A stretch of DNA of 64,000 nucleotides. Origin: Polyangiaceae bacterium (GTDB lineage Bacteria > Myxococcota_A > Polyangia > Polyangiales > Polyangiaceae). The translations under genes and the position numbers were made by a program. Below, one piece after another: positions 62,167-64,000 of the stretch. A model generated the notes under the pieces. It was not told the origin of the DNA and did no database searches. It saw nothing but the letters and a program-made list of their open reading frames with translations. The stretch covers positions 384,001 to 448,000 of the forward strand of contig CBDCTZ010000012.1 in NCBI GenBank assembly GCA_965222375.1, given 5' to 3'. Positions within the stretch are counted from its first letter, which is position 1; every line of letters starts with the position of its first letter.

Positions 62167-63117
62167 ATGGATGTTTTGACTGACGTGTTGAACACGGTGC
62201 GAGTCTCGGCGGCATGCCAGGGGCGTCTCGAACTGGGTGCACCCTGGGGGCTCACGGTTCCGGGCGGTGAGTTTTCCAAGTTTCACGTGATCATCCAGGG
62301 CAGTTGCTTTTTGGAGCTCGACGGGGAGGCCGAGCCAATCTTGCTCGAAGAAGGAGATCTGATCGCGCTGCCCCATGGCGATGGCCACGTGATTCGGGAT
62401 TCACCCACGACGCCGCCGCGCCCGATCGACGAGTGGTTTTCGTCCAACGGCCAGGAGCGGTGTGGGGGCGCAGTGCACGTGCCGGGAAATGGTCCGCTAA
62501 CCGCGCTCGTGTGTGGAAGACTGCAATTTGAGGATCCTCGCAACCATCCGGTGCTAAGCGTATTGCCGCGAGTGGTGCATCTCCGCAGTGCGGAAGGCAA
62601 AGCGATCCCCTGGTTGGAGTCGACGTTGCGCTTCATCGCCAGCGAGTCGTCTTCGGATCGCCCGGGGTCGGACACGGTCGTCAATCGACTCGCGGACATC
62701 CTGTTCATTCAGATTGTCCGCGGCTATTTGAACACGACGCCAAACGACTCTCGGGGTTGGCTTCGTGCGTTGACCGATCCTCAGATTGGCGCTTCCTTGG
62801 GGCTGATCCACGCGGAACCCGAGCAGAGTTGGACGGTGGCCAATCTGGCTTCGAAGGTTGGCATGAGCCGGAGCACCTTTGCGGGGCGTTTCTCGGAACT
62901 CGTGGGCGAACCACCTCTGCACTACATCACACGCTGGCGCATGCAGAAGGCGGCTGCGTTGCTGCGAGAGGGGCGGGCAACCTTGGCGGACATAGCCGAT
63001 CGTGTCGGTTACGACTCCGAGGCAGCCTTCAGCAAGGCCTTCAAGCGCTGGGTGGGTAGCGCGCCGGGTGCGTATCGGCGCGCCAGCCGCGACGGTGTGG
63101 TTCAGGCGACGGCTTGA
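62167..63117 (+). CDS. AraC-family regulator (cupin + HTH)
   Basis: MDVLTDVL, WTVANLASKVGMSRS, VGYDSEAAFSKAFKR; GGAGGAG RBS. Confidence 0.92.
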   Translation: MDVLTDVLNTVRVSAACQGRLELGAPWGLTVPGGEFSKFHVIIQGSCFLELDGEAEPILLEEGDLIALPHGDGHVIRDSPTTPPRPIDEWFSSNGQERCGGAVHVPGNGPLTALVCGRLQFEDPRNHPVLSVLPRVVHLRSAEGKAIPWLESTLRFIASESSSDRPGSDTVVNRLADILFIQIVRGYLNTTPNDSRGWLRALTDPQIGASLGLIHAEPEQSWTVANLASKVGMSRSTFAGRFSELVGEPPLHYITRWRMQKAAALLREGRATLADIADRVGYDSEAAFSKAFKRWVGSAPGAYRRASRDGVVQATA

Positions 63118-63125
63118 CCGAAGCT

Positions 63126-64000
63126 TCAGGCTGCTGCGGGGCTCTGGCTGGCTTTTTCGTCGACGGCCTCTTCTAGCGCTTTCAGCGCCTTGTCGTACTC
63201 TTCGCCCAAGGCCTTGATTCGGTCGTCCATTTCCTTGAGCAGGCCTTCCGCCGCCTTGAGTTCCGTCTCGATTTGGTCCTTCGCCTTTTGGGCGGCCTCC
63301 CGTCGCTCGGTAGCTTTCTTCTTGTCGTTTTCGCCCCGCCCGGGGTCCTTCTCGATGGCCTCGGATTCGGTGATTACTCGATCCAGAGTGGATTTGACGT
63401 CGCTGGCTTCATCCATCCGACGCTCCAGCGCCTCCTTGCTCTGTACCGTGCCGACCCGTACCAAGTAGCTGACCTGAGCGATCTCATCGGCGTGCTTTTC
63501 GAGCTTCTCTCGGTTGGGTTTGCCAAGGGCGTCCTCGTTGGCGTCGATCACGGCGTGAGCTTCATTTCGCGCGCGCAAGCGCTCCTCTAGTTGCTTCTCG
63601 ACGCCCTTCTCCAGGGCATGCGAGGCGGGGCCGTACACCTCCGCTTTGCATCCCTTCTGCTTCGCGGCGTAGTTGGCGGCGCCGGCAACTTTCTTCGAGA
63701 TCTCGTTTTTTTCCTCGTCGAAGAATCCGGCAACGCTACGGTTTTCCTGCGCTTGTGCCGCGTAGGAGCCGCTGCGGCCGGCAGCGTCAGCCGTGAGGTA
63801 GACGTCCTTGACCTTATTCCAGTCGGTGTTGTCGAGCTCCCCCGGATACTGGGGCATGCTCTCCATGAGCTTGCGCGCATCGCTTTCTTGGGTGACGAAA
63901 TCGTTGCGCGTGCCCGCGAGCTCCTCCGGGAAGCGAGACGCGTAGCCCGCCTCTGAGGCCGCGGACTCTACGACGACGCCGGTCTCCTTCGAGTTGCAGG
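63126..64000 (-). CDS. Coiled-coil protein, probably a lipoprotein; 5' end outside the window
   Basis: Frame open to the edge (CNSKETGVVVES...); charged heptad-rich C-terminus. Confidence 0.75.
   Translation of the reverse strand, partial: CNSKETGVVVESAASEAGYASRFPEELAGTRNDFVTQESDARKLMESMPQYPGELDNTDWNKVKDVYLTADAAGRSGSYAAQAQENRSVAGFFDEEKNEISKKVAGAANYAAKQKGCKAEVYGPASHALEKGVEKQLEERLRARNEAHAVIDANEDALGKPNREKLEKHADEIAQVSYLVRVGTVQSKEALERRMDEASDVKSTLDRVITESEAIEKDPGRGENDKKKATERREAAQKAKDQIETELKAAEGLLKEMDDRIKALGEEYDKALKALEEAVDEKASQSPAAA

Overview
High-GC bacterial chromosomal window, most likely from a Myxococcota (Polyangiaceae-like) organism. The evidence is two MYXO-CTERM-type proteins, giant TPR proteins, many Gly-linker lipoproteins and a Myxococcus-type LexA box. 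Housekeeping genes (dnaG-rpoD, class I fumarase, a THUMP RNA methyltransferase, atpD-atpC, rsmA) alternate with accessory surface-protein genes and several broken genes. No rRNA, tRNA, CRISPR array, transposase or integrase was found. The most notable observations are: (1) a duplicated fumarase/THUMP divergent junction with reciprocal gene loss, enclosing 4.1 kb of cargo; (2) a perfect AT-rich 18-bp inverted repeat next to a broken gene; (3) a pentaheme cytochrome on a Cys-rich and Gly-rich stalk with a MYXO-CTERM anchor; (4) a recurring -10-like box 6-8 nt before start codons, suggesting widespread leaderless transcription; (5) a LexA-boxed radical SAM gene; and (6) a CTAG-flanked MITE-like element. 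All family calls come from motif recognition by eye; no database search was run.
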